Part shown: in pieces, positions 34,901-46,391 of the stretch
Position numbering within the stretch: the first letter of the stretch is position 1
Layout: each line of letters begins with the position of its first letter
Assembly (NCBI GenBank): GCA_977862235.1
Contig: OZ374564.1
Coordinates: 868,001-932,000 of the forward strand
Direction: 5' to 3'
Source of the DNA: Dudresnaya verticillata
Lineage: Eukaryota
Length of the DNA stretch: 64,000 nucleotides
Position numbers and translations under genes: made by a program
Notes under the pieces: model-generated
Told to the model about the DNA's origin: nothing
Databases searched by the model: none
What the model saw: only the letters and a program-made list of their open reading frames with translations

Positions 34901-36273
34901 GTCGGAGTACTATGCAATGACTCTGGCTGCGAAAGAGACGGTTTGGGTCACGCGAGTGCTGAAGGAGGCCGACTTGAACGTCGAAGGCCCGGTTCCATTG
35001 AGATCAGACAACCAGTCTGCCATCAATTGGGCTACTGGAGAACGCTGCCCGTCTGGTCGTGCCAAGCACATCGACGTTCGTGTACACTTCATTCGCGAAC
35101 TTGTCGCCGACTCTGTTCTGGAAGTGGTGTATGTGCCGTCAGAAGAAAACGACGCGGACTTGCTGACAAAGCCACTCGGGCCCACTTTGCTCAATAGGAT
35201 TCTACCAAGGGTTGGACTTGGAGGAGCCATCGAGGAGGAGTGTTGAGGACATGGTCGCTGGCGCCTCACGTCACGGGTCAGGTACCCCAGATGGTACCCT
35301 GGCACGCTGTCACCAAACCTTCCGGAGACGACAGCCCTTTTTCCGGGCTTCCAAAATCACGGCGCATTTAGGCCTTTTGCAAAAGCAACGTGAAACGGGC
35401 TTCTGATTGGTTGTTACAAACCGCCTCCATGGTCTATATGGCTTACAAGTGTTGTGCTGGAATTGGCGGTTATAACAGGAACGGCCAAGTGGAACGATCT
35501 GATTGGACCACATGGATGCACGTGGTATGGCATGGAATGGTACTGGTATGACGCGCACTGTACTCCACAAGTACATATGAACGTGCCATGCAATGTGCTG
35601 ATGGCGTCTGAGTTGGTACTGCAGGGACTTGCGCTACGTGGAGCCTGGCTTGTGATATCAGCAGATGCAGTTGTCGTGCGGCCAACACGTCGGTTTACAG
35701 TTGCCACGTAGCTGTCGTGCGGCCGACACGTTGGTTTACAGTTGCCACGTAGGTGTCGTGCGGCCGACACGTTGGTTTACAGCTGCCACGTAGGCAAATC
35801 TGGGTGATTACGTGGTCAATGATCCAAGTTGGATATTCATGGACGGACTTGAGCTGGTAAGTGCGGCCACGTGGTGTGCAGCGTTGTCCGACAGCAGCCA
35901 TGCGGGGACACTCGATACTTTCGAGTTCCCGCCCAAAGTTGGAGTACATATGGATGGCAGGAAATGCGGTCGCAAGAGGGATTGCTGATGTCAGCAGTTA
36001 GCAACACTGGTGTGCAAGTTCCCGCCCATTTTGGTGGCGGATGTGAGTGTGCTGAGAGTATGATTTGGTAGATTTAATTGTTTTACTTTTTCCCGCCCAT
36101 TTGATGATAGGGATTTTGGGCGTTTCTTTAATGATTTGTTTTGTTTGTGTTCACGCAGCAACTCATCCGAAAAGCTGATATAAGCCTTGTCGGATGGTCG
36201 ACTGCAGTAAACGAAGTCAAGCGACTTCCATTTCTCATCTTGTTCAACTTCAACCTCTCCATATTCCTTTTCA
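28955..36273 (+). mobile_element. Copia-2: full-length element, TSD CGCTG
   Basis: 1033-bp LTRs at 28955-29987 and 35241-36273 (only one difference noticed by eye). CGCTG at 28950-28954 and 36274-36278. Confidence 0.97.
30924..35246 (+). CDS. Copia polyprotein, 1440 aa, intact
   Basis: Near-identical to 6494..10816; all motifs present. Confidence 0.97.
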   Translation: MTDTEAEMDTSSGVKIPRFHGRRGDDYSLWRHRLRAACRIKGVWNVVHTSNDTPTSSQSTGEASADTSILHARTLAKREKACGIIISALGDAPLRVVMEVDDDPKRMLELLDSRYASSRTVSRIAVQTKLFRMTYTGQNMSNYVDQYTSLFAQLDRMGNDSAIPETHKAPMLLASIDPSCHLEPTAAALRTKDAAELTWDYVATTLIDEYNAKDSHGSNAGGRSSKSKSRRKKKKKSASSGSRQQHNPLDDNDDSDDSSDIESTVRALAVALKSAKQAHSTPNRHLHCDVCDKDGHTADRCYLNPENPNNKLPPKVRQMFTNQGKKGNANSAVAASGKNNGKSAKVEIAGASVEMTTVVPPNDQGTYADSGATVHCFHSMTSFVPSSVSRCEKRTVVLADKSSVTSDLCGDVILPFEHANIRLKKALFIPQMGYNLVSTGRLADKGIESHFRRLDVRLVLDSDGYYIGSGVRDASSGMYMLPEPEPHTSEEQVLAVPSTQQTTELWHRRLAHINFRDLAKVHEHVEGVPELGSTHEVCRACRLGKAHKQSFPGHFRLAKAVGDLVHSDIVGPIQISFPDRFRYATTFLDDKSRFLVVACMRSRRMLSAAFDQASAKFIELGGAEITKLHSDGAQEYLALQKDLGGVGDSGKSFSPPYTPELNGIAERVNRTMVEAALTLLIQADLPGCLWPFALKHVNYLRNRVPHSTVGATPYSVMTGDVPDLKHLRVFGCAAYVLRLPRGSKFESRALEGVHLETLEHGIYRILVTGGDGIPRVVESRHVTFDESKFPGAPSLLEYGHDEADSDEDYESNSEASIFNSDSDDDVSLGNFEDEEDAIEVDTPSSPPLPPSEPSSFESDDTAEEENVSDSPPAGVSSDPERQQQSRYPRRQRRQTSKWFMASSAQAEQQVALTTGDEPTLREAMSATPEERGLWQSAIDDEFASLESKGTWVRDDSPDAQPLPTHAVLKVKRKSDGTVERFKARVVAGGNFQTYGEDYMETYAPVVSFSLVRMFLYLVLCLNLFVAQLDVKTAFLNGDLAEHVWVMSPRGIPGRESLCYKLLKAMYGLKQAHLAWHTKLCGDLARMMFEELPSAPCVFRRKSKSSGYAYILVYVDDLLILAPTKAERDAIVKELQGLYDLRLSEGVDLFLGVELGWKLDSDGRFVSLKMTQQVYTESVLRRFGLQNSKPACTPMVESFFTGLAAEEDKAVVSVETYQQMIGSLLYLGLRTRLDILASVLILARFQKAPTAYCHRGVKRVLRYLRGTHKHGVTYQSGSTRIQAYVDADYAGDTTDRKSMSGYMVKLGDAVCIWGSKKQSTVALSTCESEYYAMTLAAKETVWVTRVLKEADLNVEGPVPLRSDNQSAINWATGERCPSGRAKHIDVRVHFIRELVADSVLEVVYVPSEENDADLLTKPLGPTLLNRILPRVGLGGAIEEEC

Positions 36274-38775
36274 CGCTGTGCGCACGCACTCCGGCGCAGA
36301 GCCGTTGAGTGCGTGACACGCGCGCGCGCACTCCGGCGTCGAGCCGTTGAGAACGTGTGGACCGTTCCGCCTACGCGCGCCCCCGGGTTACCGTTACCCG
36401 TACGCGTCGACGCGTGTTGAGGCGCGCCGGCGCACCTCCCGGGTTGGTGCCTCCGCAGGCCCTGTAGTATATCTAGTAGTCGCCCCTCTGGGCTTCAGTA
36501 AACCAAGGCAAGCCAGCCTACGCCAGGCTTGCCCTTTCTGCTTTGGGTTCCTTTCCCAGTCCTTCTCCCTACGGCTTCCCTCTTTCCCTAGCCGTCTAGG
36601 CTTTCCTTTTCCTTTCCCTACCGTCGGCTTCGTGCCGCCCCACGACGGGGACGCAGGGATCCGGCCGCTGCCGCCCGCGTACGGTACGCCCCGTGCGCGC
36701 TCAGGCTTCGACGCCGTTGATCCGCGACCGTCGACGGCGCGCGCGGCCGACACCACCGCTCTACCACCACAGCTACCACCCTTCGACGGGTCTGGGTGCG
36801 ACTGATCGACCAGCGCAGCTAGACGTCAGTTCGACCTGACGTCTATGCCACAGTTTCTGTATATATAACAACGGGCAGCTTTCTTCATCCACTATAACTG
36901 CTGGTTTCATACCCAGTTTGCTAGCGTTTATGTCACTCAGACCAGCATCTCGGAGTACTCCTTGTCTCTCCCCTATTATAGCGAAAGCAGAGTCCTGACA
37001 ATGTATCAGAATGGTGTATCCATTTTGTGTCGATTCATCGTAATTATGTTTCTCCTTCCTGAATGTGCACAGAGTATACGGCGTTTTTGCAATGTGTGCT
37101 AGTAGTTCTACGATATGGGCTGATGCAGGATAGTATCTTATGAAACCAACGATATCGATGAATATCCTGACGTCTTTACCACTCGGCGTTTTCCCTGTAT
37201 TCCATCTACCATGGTCTTCATGAGATCATCAACAATAAAGTGCAATACTTTATTAGTAGAAACGCCTGGTGGAGTGAGAGAAATAATACGAACTGCCGAA
37301 GGGCTTCGTCGAGATTTTGCAGCAAGCCCGATTGGGAGCATATAGCAGCCTCCCGCAGGCGCTTGGGGAAACAATGAGGAACCCGGCTTAAATTCGTCAC
37401 AATAAAGTAGCATTCTATATACAACGTACTTGGTACCATCTTGAAGAATCCCTTTGTTGGTCTCCGAATCATTCAAGTGATGAGGCTCCTCCTCGCTCGA
37501 CAGGTTGCGTAGTTTTCGCACAGCTTGTCTGAGTATGGGCTTAGAGACTCCGTCTTCTTATTTCTTGGTTACCCAAAGCAGGGAGAACGAAGCGATGCTG
37601 TCAGTTTCTCTCATGTATGCATGAACGCTTATAATATAGGTTCTGTCCGCCGCGGCGGTTTGTTCCCTCGATATCAACAAAGTACAATGATCTCCTGGAA
37701 ACAAAGAAAGGATGCGTTCCATAGTAGTAAGGTGCCACTTTTCAAAAACAGAATATGAAAACAGTTTGACGATCGTCTTCTCATGCGTTGTCAATTCGGC
37801 CTGACCAGGCGCCTGAGCTAGGGCTTCATTAAAGCTTCTAGTGTTTTCCCCTGGTTTCCAACGGACCAGACGCAGAGTATCTTAGTACTAACACAAAAAT
37901 ATCTTGAGGCCGTTGAAATGTTGTAGCTTTGTTCCAGGGCTGGCACTTGTCCTGAGACAGTTAGCTCAAGATGACATACCGGACCTGCTCGCTTCAGGAA
38001 CCCTGAAGCATCTTCTACAAACATATGTGGCCCCTGTATCAGGACTTTCTTCCGAAACTTGACGAGGTCTGAGCTCTCAAAATTCCTCTTAAATCTCTAG
38101 TGCCTGATGGTCGTCGCGCACCGATTCCTGAGTACAGCTGGTCGTAAACACTGCTTGTTGCAATATCAAGACGTGCCCATGAAGACGGCAATTCAATACG
38201 CACCGCACCAATTCCGGGTCCCGTCTGCCTACTCGAGCGAATCAGCTTCGTTTCAGAACTCTGAATAAACTGCAATTCTGCAGGGTCAACTTGTTCATTA
38301 AGCTGGTCGTTCATCACTCGTAAATATTCTAATGGGAAGAACTTCATGACGCTCTTCGGGCATTTCTTGCGAAGCAGCCTATCATAGAACCTTTTATCTG
38401 CTTTGTAGGAATAAAGAGCTTCCTAGTTGTTCATACTGTTGACAATTGATCTGAAAATATCAAACTGGTCAACAGAAAACCTCACACTGCCAGTGACCGT
38501 TAACGTAGAAAGTATTCGGTTCTTGTTAGACCACTTCTTAAGTTCCCTTTCCAGAATACGTAAGTTTACACCTAGTGATGTCGATCGACACGATGTTTCC
38601 ACACCTGCCAAGTCTGATGAGCTTCCAAGCTCCTTGTCGGCATCTCCCTCACTGTGTACTAGCTCTATCATCTCGAGATGATCATCTTCCTCATCACTGC
38701 TCCGATGCTCATCAAGTCCTGCGGTTTCCTCAATTTCCGAGCTGAAAGGAGGAAAATATCCCCCGAACTCCCTAT

Positions 38776-41700
38776 TGCGACATAGCTGTAAGGCCAGCTG
38801 TACCACGTCCGCACAGCTGTAAGACCAGCTGCGCCACATGTGTACCGCTGTGTGCACGCTGTCAGCCGGTGGCGCAGAAGCCCCGTTGAACTGTAAGGAA
38901 GTGCGCTGTGGCGCCCGCGCATACGAGTGTACGCGTGGTAAACTGACACTCCCGCGAAATTTCTACTTCTGTTTTTGTGTAGTATACGTTACCGGCTAGT
39001 GTAAGCGGCTGTCGAACGCCCTGCTATCCCGCGCGACGTGCGCACGCAATCCGGCGTAGAGCCGTTGAGTGCGTGACAGGCGCGCGCGTACTCCGGCGTC
39101 GAGCCTTTGAGTACGTGTGGACCGTTTCGCCCACGCGCGCCCCCGGGTTACCGTTACCCGTACGTGTCGACGTGTATCGGGGCCCGCCGGCGCACCTCCC
39201 GGGTTGGTGCTGTGGCGGGCACTGTAGTCTATTTAGTAGTCGCCCCTCTGGGCTAGAGTAAACGACGGCAAGCCAGCCTACGACAGGCTTCCCTCTTTCT
39301 GCTTTGGGATTCATTCTCAGTCTTTCGCCCTACGGCTTCCAATTTCCTCCATCCGTCTAGGCTTTCCCTTTCCTTTCTGACTGTCGGCTTCATGCCGCCC
39401 CAGGACGGGGACGCAGGGATCCGGCCGCTGCCGCCCGCGTACGGTCCGCCCCGTGCGCGCTCAGGCTTCGATGCCGTAGATCCGCGACCGTAGACGACGC
39501 GCGCGGCCGACATCACTGCTCTACTACTATCCGTTACCGCCGCCCATTGACGGGTCTGGGCGCGACTACGACCAGCGCAGCTAGACGGCAGTTCGACCTG
39601 AAGTCTATGCCGCACTGGTGTCTCCCAATCTAGAAGTCGCAGAAGACCCTATCCCCTCTCGCATCGACGCGACAGAGGCCACGAATGCCGCCGCTACCAA
39701 CTTCGGCCGCTGCCGGTTTGGCAGACGCCGCAGCAGGTGGAGTTGGCGGCCGACGCACTTCTCAGCTGAGTAACGTCGGCGTCTCAGGAGCTCCCTTAGA
39801 GGAACCGCGCATCGAGCGCAGGACGGCTATTTCAAAGGCTCTAGGAGGGACAGCGGGCTCGGCAACTGACCTCCAGTTAATCTATGAGGGGACGATGGAC
39901 TCGCTCTCGGAAGTGTATACCACCTTCATGGCCGCAGGTGCAGAAGCGCGGTGAGAAGATCAGCGTGACCTAGAGTCGCTTAGAAGCGGAACTCTTGCAT
40001 CCGTCGAGGAAGGATTAACCCTAACGCAAGGGCTTGTTGACGAGCTACACCAACGCGTGGAGTTGATTGAGCACGCACCATCGCGGTATGCCCAGCGGGT
40101 GCCTAGCCCATCGCCGGTGCGGAGCCTTCCTCCGCGACCGCCGTCTCAAGCGGACCCGGTTCGCGTAGCCAAAGCCCTCCTCGTTGAGCTTCGTGCGCAG
40201 CGAACTCCCTTTTCTCCCCCGGCCTCTCTGCCTAGGAGTGGGAAAGGTTCACCTCTCCCTACAAAGATGACGACCCCTTCTACGGGGTCGACCCCAAGAT
40301 ACTACGACGCGAACTAGACGGGCGCGGAGTCGGAGGGGCGTCTAGCTCTTCACCACACGAAGGTCCCATGTCGGCCTACTGGCACTGGAGACAATTGATG
40401 CCGGGCATCGAGTCTCTGAGCACCTTGGTCCCCGAATTCGCAAAGGCGATTGACTACTGCTCCTCTCATGTAGACGATATCAGGCAGCGGGACAATTAGC
40501 AGCAAGTCTTTAATGGAAACACCGCCAAGATTGTCAGTAGGATGAAGGCTCTCATACCGCGGCTCGATCGCTACGATGAGAAGGAGCCCATCCGCTTTCT
40601 TAGCGTGCTTAGACAGTTACGCCAAGCCTTCAACGGCGTCGGTCCATCGGAGGGCGCAGCGGCGGGAGTGGTGCCCTGATTCTTAGACGGAACGGCATCA
40701 CAGGTGTATTCGAGTCACCTTTTCTCGGGGATCCGGACGATTAGTCGCGGCACCCACGTGCTGGGCCTTGGTCGTCAATACCCTCGTCGAGAGGTTCGTC
40801 ACCGACGACGTGATCGCCGACCCGCACGGCCGATTGACCATCGTTAGGCAGCGGGACGCCGAGTCAAAACTCTAGTTCGCCTCTCGTCTAGCGGGCTACC
40901 CAGATGACTGTTCAGGCGTCTACTCAGACGATAACCTGAAGCACCAGTTCTTGCGTGGTCTGATTCCGCCCACCCGATCCGCAGTTGCAGAGAAGGTACA
41001 GCAGATGCCTATGGTCGAGCAGCCCAGCTTCAGTACCGTTATTCGGATCGTCCACAGTGAGGGCACAACCTACCGCGCCCGCATGGACAAGGCATCAACG
41101 CCAGCTATCGCTTCGGGCCGCGGCCGGGGAGCAATTAGGCAAGCGGCTTATCCTGGCACCGCCGACCCCCGATAGGGAAGCGTCCTTCCACGGAACGATG
41201 TTGGTTGGTGGCGACCGATGACGATGGTTTCGAACCGTCATGGCCGTGCTCTTGCTTTTGACAGCCCGGGAGGCGCAAACCGAGGAAACTCTCGACATAT
41301 CAGGATGCGTCGATGCATTCCTGCCCAAGAGGATCCTCCGCTCACACCGGCGCAAGAGGCAATACCCCCCGATGTCACCTCTGATCGACAGGGGTGGTAC
41401 ATTTGCTGTTTCTGCCTAGAATGCGGGCACATAATGTACTCGTACCCGTTCCTGACTAAGGAACAGCAGTTGTACTGCACGTATGCGAACTGCAACCATA
41501 GACTGGAGACGCAGTAGCAGGCGCTCAACAACTTTCAGAAGCTCATCGATGAGCGCATGCCGGTAGGCGCCAAAGCAAGTTACCCCGCGAGATGCTTCGA
41601 AGCGCAGCGGGGTGGGGACCGATGCTTCGATGCGCGAGGTCTCCCGCAGCGCTTCGACGCGCAAAGGTATCGCGAGGAGCTGCAAAGGTACTGCGGGGAT

Positions 41701-42700
41701 CGTAGGGATCCGTGCCGCGAATATCGGAGGACAGACGTCCCACGGTTCCTCACTCGCGACAAGCGGGTCGGGTTTGACGAAGGGCGAACTGTTCCGAACA
41801 ATGATGACCGTGCAGGAGCACACCGGGCTAGCGGCCGACGAGTGGCTCCCGCAAGCGCTCGACGCGCATAGCAGGGACGAATCCGCTCGGAAGCAGGTAG
41901 AGCAGCCCCAGCTCGGTTTTGATCCGCCGCCGTGGCAGATGCGTGGTGCAGGACTGGCGTCTAGCCAGCCAAAGGGATGCGAGGGAGATAGCTCGGATTC
42001 CGAAAATAGTTTTGACCGGGTCGACCTGGAAAAAGAGTAAAGGCGCCGCCGTTCGTGCGGTTACTGGCACCGTCTCTCTCTGCCCCAGATCCACCACCCT
42101 TCGCACAGCGGGAGACCGCAAGTGGGACGTCGAGTCCCAACGAAGGCAAGGCCCCCTCTCGAGGCAGTGCTGGGAGCTTCCTACGCGAAGAGCCGTCGAA
42201 GGCCACGCACTACAGGTCACCTTAGTCACCGCGGCGTCTACGCAAGCAACAGCCACGGTGCCGGGCGCGTGGGGTTCCATCGACAGAACCCGAGGCATCG
42301 TCTGCTCGACGCGGTTACCCAGGTTTTTCTTGACCACAGGGTCTACCCAAATGGTGTTCCGTTATACGTCGTTTCTGATAATGGTCCACAGTTCGTGTCG
42401 AAATTCTTCGCCAAGATCTGTCAAACCCTGGGGTTAACTCAGCTATTCATCACCGCTTACTACCCCCAGACCAATGGGCAGATCGAGCGGTCTAACAAGA
42501 CCTTTGTCCAGCGGTTACGTCATTAAATAGTGGATCATAAACGCGACTGGGACAGTTATGTACATCCGCTCACCTATGCGTATAACCTTCAGGTTCACCG
42601 CTCTACTGGTACTACGCCCTTTGACCTAGTCCCGTACAGGCCACCTTCGGTTATACCTCTACAGGGTTACCCCGCATCGGGTTAAACCAATCAATTTGAT
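38776..42700 (+). mobile_element. Decayed Gypsy element A: 5' LTR 38776-39614, PBS-like TGGTGTCTCC, gag remnants to 42040, integrase fragment
   Basis: LTR homologous to the solo LTR. Degenerate knuckle CCFCLECGHIMYSY. Integrase VSDNGPQFVSKFF..TAYYPQTNGQIERSNKT. PR/RT/RH missing. Right boundary approximate. Confidence 0.82.
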
Positions 42701-45405
42701 TCACGCCGTTACCGTCGGGCTGCGTTTGAAAGGGCGCGCAGCCGACTTGATGCTCGCTTGCGTCGCAATCGACGGAATAGGGGAGACCCTGCTGTGGTAA
42801 CGCCAGTATAGGTGGATGAGTCACGGCCTCGACGAGCGTACTGAACGCTTTGGCTTGTGTCTCCTTGAACGGTTGTAACCGAAAGTCCTGTTCCTTCCTC
42901 AGCAACTTGTTGAGGGGGGCAGCGACATGCGCGTATCGCAACACGAACCGTCTGTAGACGTTACAAAGACCTAGGAAACTCCGTAGCTCCTTCTGATCCC
43001 GTGGATGCTTGGCTTCGCGTAGCGCGGCAGTGACAGTTTGGTCAACGTCTAACCGTCCTGGACGTATGACGTGACCCAAGTAGTTGACGGTCGGGGTGAA
43101 GAAGTCACACTTGGTCAACTTCAGGGTCACCCCAGCGCGGTGAAGTGTCGAAAGGATATCGTCAACATGACGGAAGTGACTGTCGATGTCGCTGGAGAAG
43201 ATTTTTACGTCATCGAGGTAGGCGAGGCACGAACGCCACTTGTAACCAGCGAGCAGTATGTCAAGCGTTCGTGGAAACGTAGCGGGTGCGTTCGTGAGAC
43301 CGAAAGGCATATGCTTATAGCGGAACAGTCCTGCGTGGCACGTGAACGCGGTCTTATCGCGATCTCGCGGATTGATCGGCACCTGTCAGTACCCACTGTT
43401 ACAGTCTAGGGTGGTGAAGACGTTTGCTTCCCCTAGACTGTCAATGCACTCGTCAATACGCGGAAGCGGGTACATATCCCGTACGGTTACTGCGTTTAAA
43501 CGGCGGTAGTCTACGCAAAAGCGGAGGGTCCCGTCCTTCTTGGGGGCGAAGGCCACTGGTGACGCCCATGGCAATTGTGCGGGTTCGGTAACCCCTTGAC
43601 GCAGCATGCGGTCCACTTCCGCTTGAGCGAGTTGTCTTTGCTTCGGCCCCGCTCGGTAAGGCGGGGACGATATCGGTCTCGAACCGGGGAGCAAGTCGAC
43701 GTAGTGCTCCGTGGTTGCGATTTCTCCCAGCGAACCGTCCTACACAGACGAATACGTGCGTAACATCTCCTTAAGCCGGCCTTGATGCTCGTCGGGGAGA
43801 TGTCACAGGTCCAAATCGTCTACCGACGGAGGCTTGGTAGTGGTTGCCTCGATAGACTTCGTGAAAGTATCCGGCTGTGCCGTAGTATTATCGTTCGTTT
43901 GAAAACGGAAATCTTGGGTTGCCTTCTGCTCCTCGGCCTGTTCCTCGGTGAGGCCCAAAACATCGGCTAGACTTACGTGACTGGGTAACACTGCTGTCGG
44001 ATGTGGTAACGCCATCGCGACGACTTGGCCCTTGGCCAACGCCTGCGGTCGGGGAGAGAAGTTGGCAACCAAAATGCGAAATCTTTTAGCGGCTCCACTT
44101 GAGCAATCCCGTTCGTAACGGCCAGACCTTGTTTGTCTACAGCGTTCCGAACGGTTGAATTGTGATGACGCCGGCGCCCTCGGTGGTCACCGATACCCAT
44201 TGCTGCGCCTTAGGCGGGATGATCGCGCGCTCTGTTACTCTTATCTTGGCCGAAGTCCTTCCTTCGGCCTTGCCGTATTCCTGTTCCGCTGGTAACGGAG
44301 GATACGACAGGGGTCGGCACAGGGGGCGGCGCGTTATAGGGACACGAGTCCCGTCGTCCAATTCAACCTCGCGACTTCGCGGATAGATTGCTTCGACGAA
44401 GCGGTCGCAAAAGTCGCAGCTGAGCATAACCGGCGCAGCGAGTCGTTCGCAAACGATCAGTTCCAACTTGACGACTCGCCGTCCCAGACTAACGACCAGG
44501 TCGATGGTGCCTCTTGTCTGGATCGCCGTATTGTTGGCGTCGGCTATGACAGGGAGGCTCTTTGCCACGATGCGTGATCGCGCTTCCAGCGGAATGTCGT
44601 CAATGCGATTGAAATTCCGACCATACCCCGGGTCGAGGACAATGAGTTTACGTGCCAAGGTACTGACGGTTGCGCCAAGGTCGGCGTACACCTTGTAGTT
44701 CCTCTTGGCCATTACGAACAATTGCCCCGCGTCTGGGGGGCTGGTACCTTCGCCATGGGCGTTTTGACGACGTCTGTGACGACTTTATCCGCCCGCTGGC
44801 GTCATCCGTAACTAACTTCGGGCCCTCCTTCCGTGTCAACACCCGAGACCTAGGCCTCGCTTCACGGTGCGACACCCCAGTGTCAGGATTTGGTGCCCGA
44901 GTTAGTTTTTCGCCTGCGGCGGTGGCTGTGGCGCTACATAGCGATTGATCATCGTCGGATGACGTTCTACCGCGTGCGGTATGGGTCCGCCTAGTGGCGA
45001 TTGCGGTCGTGCAGCACGGCGGGCAGCATCGCGGGTCGCGCGGTCCTGGCAACGGACATACGCATCAGCGTGGACGCCAGCCTTCTCGGCTTCGGTTAGT
45101 CCTTCATAGTTGGTAGAAACCTTCATGAAGTCGCTCATGCGGCTTACCATAAAGATGCTCCATCGGCGGGCCCTACGGAGGTGAAAAACGGCCCTGGTCT
45201 CGGATATCGATGGCATTTGCAGGTAAAGTGCGTCCCAGACCAGCAGGTTGAACTCCATACGCCACCCCTGGGTATATTGGCATCCCCGGGTCTGTGGAAG
45301 GACCAGAAATGGACGACGGCGGTGGGCGCGCAGGGGTCCCAGATGAGACGCCATGCAGATGCGGCGTATTATTAACGACCAGATGACCTGGTTGGTAGCC
45401 CCCAG
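42700..45405 (-). mobile_element. Decayed Gypsy element B: gag end, protease, RT, start of RNase H
   Basis: VLDPGYGRN protease-like, PWASPVAFAPKKDGTLRFCVDYRRLN, TLDCNSGY, DKTAF, MPFGLTNAPATF, YLDD, NYLGH, LRSFLGLCNVYRRFV, DCDASEHQVG. Stops and frameshifts. Confidence 0.9.
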
Positions 45406-46391
45406 TGAAAAGGAATATGGAGAGGTTGAAGTTGAACAAGATGAGAAATGGAAGTCGCTTGACTTCGTTTACTGCAGTCGACCATCCGACATGGCTTATA
45501 TCAGCTTTTCGGATGAGTTGCTGCGTGAACACAAACAAAACAAATCATTAAAGAAACGCCCAAAATCCCTATCATCAAATGGGCGGGAAAAAGTAAAGCA
45601 ATTAAATCTACCAAATCATACTCTCAGCACACTCACATCCGCCACCAAAATGGGCGGGAACTTGCACACCAGTATTGCTAACTGCTGACATCAGCAATCC
45701 CTCTTGCGACCGCATTTCCTGTCATCCATATGTACTCCAACTTTGGGCGGGAACTCGAAAGTATCGAGTGTCCCCGCATGGCTGCTGTCGGACAACACTG
45801 CACACCACGTGGCCGCACTTACGAGCTGAAGTCCGTCCATGAATATCCAACTTGGATCATTGACCACGTAATCACCCAGATTTGCCTACGTGGCAGCTGC
45901 AAACCAACGTGTCGGCCGCACGACAGCTACGTGGCAACTGTAAACCGACGTGTCGGCCGCACGACAACTGCATCTGCTGATATCACAAGCCAGGCTCCAC
46001 GTAGCGCAAGTCCCTGCAGTACCAACTCCGACGCCATCAGCACATTGCATGGCACGTTCATATGTACTTGTGGAGTACAGTGCGCGTCATACCAGTACCA
46101 TTCCATGCCACACCATGTGCATCCATGTGGTCCAATCAGATCGTTCCACTTGGCCGTTCCTGTTATAACCGCCAATTCCAGCACAACACTTGTAAGCCAT
46201 ATAGACCATGGAGGCGGTTTGTAACAACCAATCAGAAGCCCGTTTCACGTTGCTTTTGCAAAAGGCCTAAATGCGCCGTGATTTTGGAAGCCCGGAAAAA
46301 GGGCTGTCGTCTCCGGAAGGTTTGGTGAAAGCGTGCCAGGGTACCATCTGGGGTACCTGACCCGTGACGTGAGGCGCCAGCGACCATGTCC

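Larger units (their letters stand above)
28691..36852 (+). mobile_element. Gypsy-family solo LTR (~838 bp net), TSD GTTTC, interrupted by Copia-2
   Basis: TGTGGCATAG...CTATGCCACA termini. GTTTC at 28686-28690 and 36853-36857. Homologous to the LTR at 38776-39614. Confidence 0.9.
26374..38775 (-). pseudogene. CACTA/EnSpm-like transposase pseudogene in two halves (36858-38775 and 26374-28690)
   Basis: LLYCDEFKP..AGGCYMLPIGL..ISLTPPGVSTNKVLHFIVDDL, DYPA motif, FVAPDHLLSG, KPNLHRLLEL..ELVFEHAHQPLK. The frame joins across the removed solo LTR (CPLLYIQK|RIEEVQ). Confidence 0.72.
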
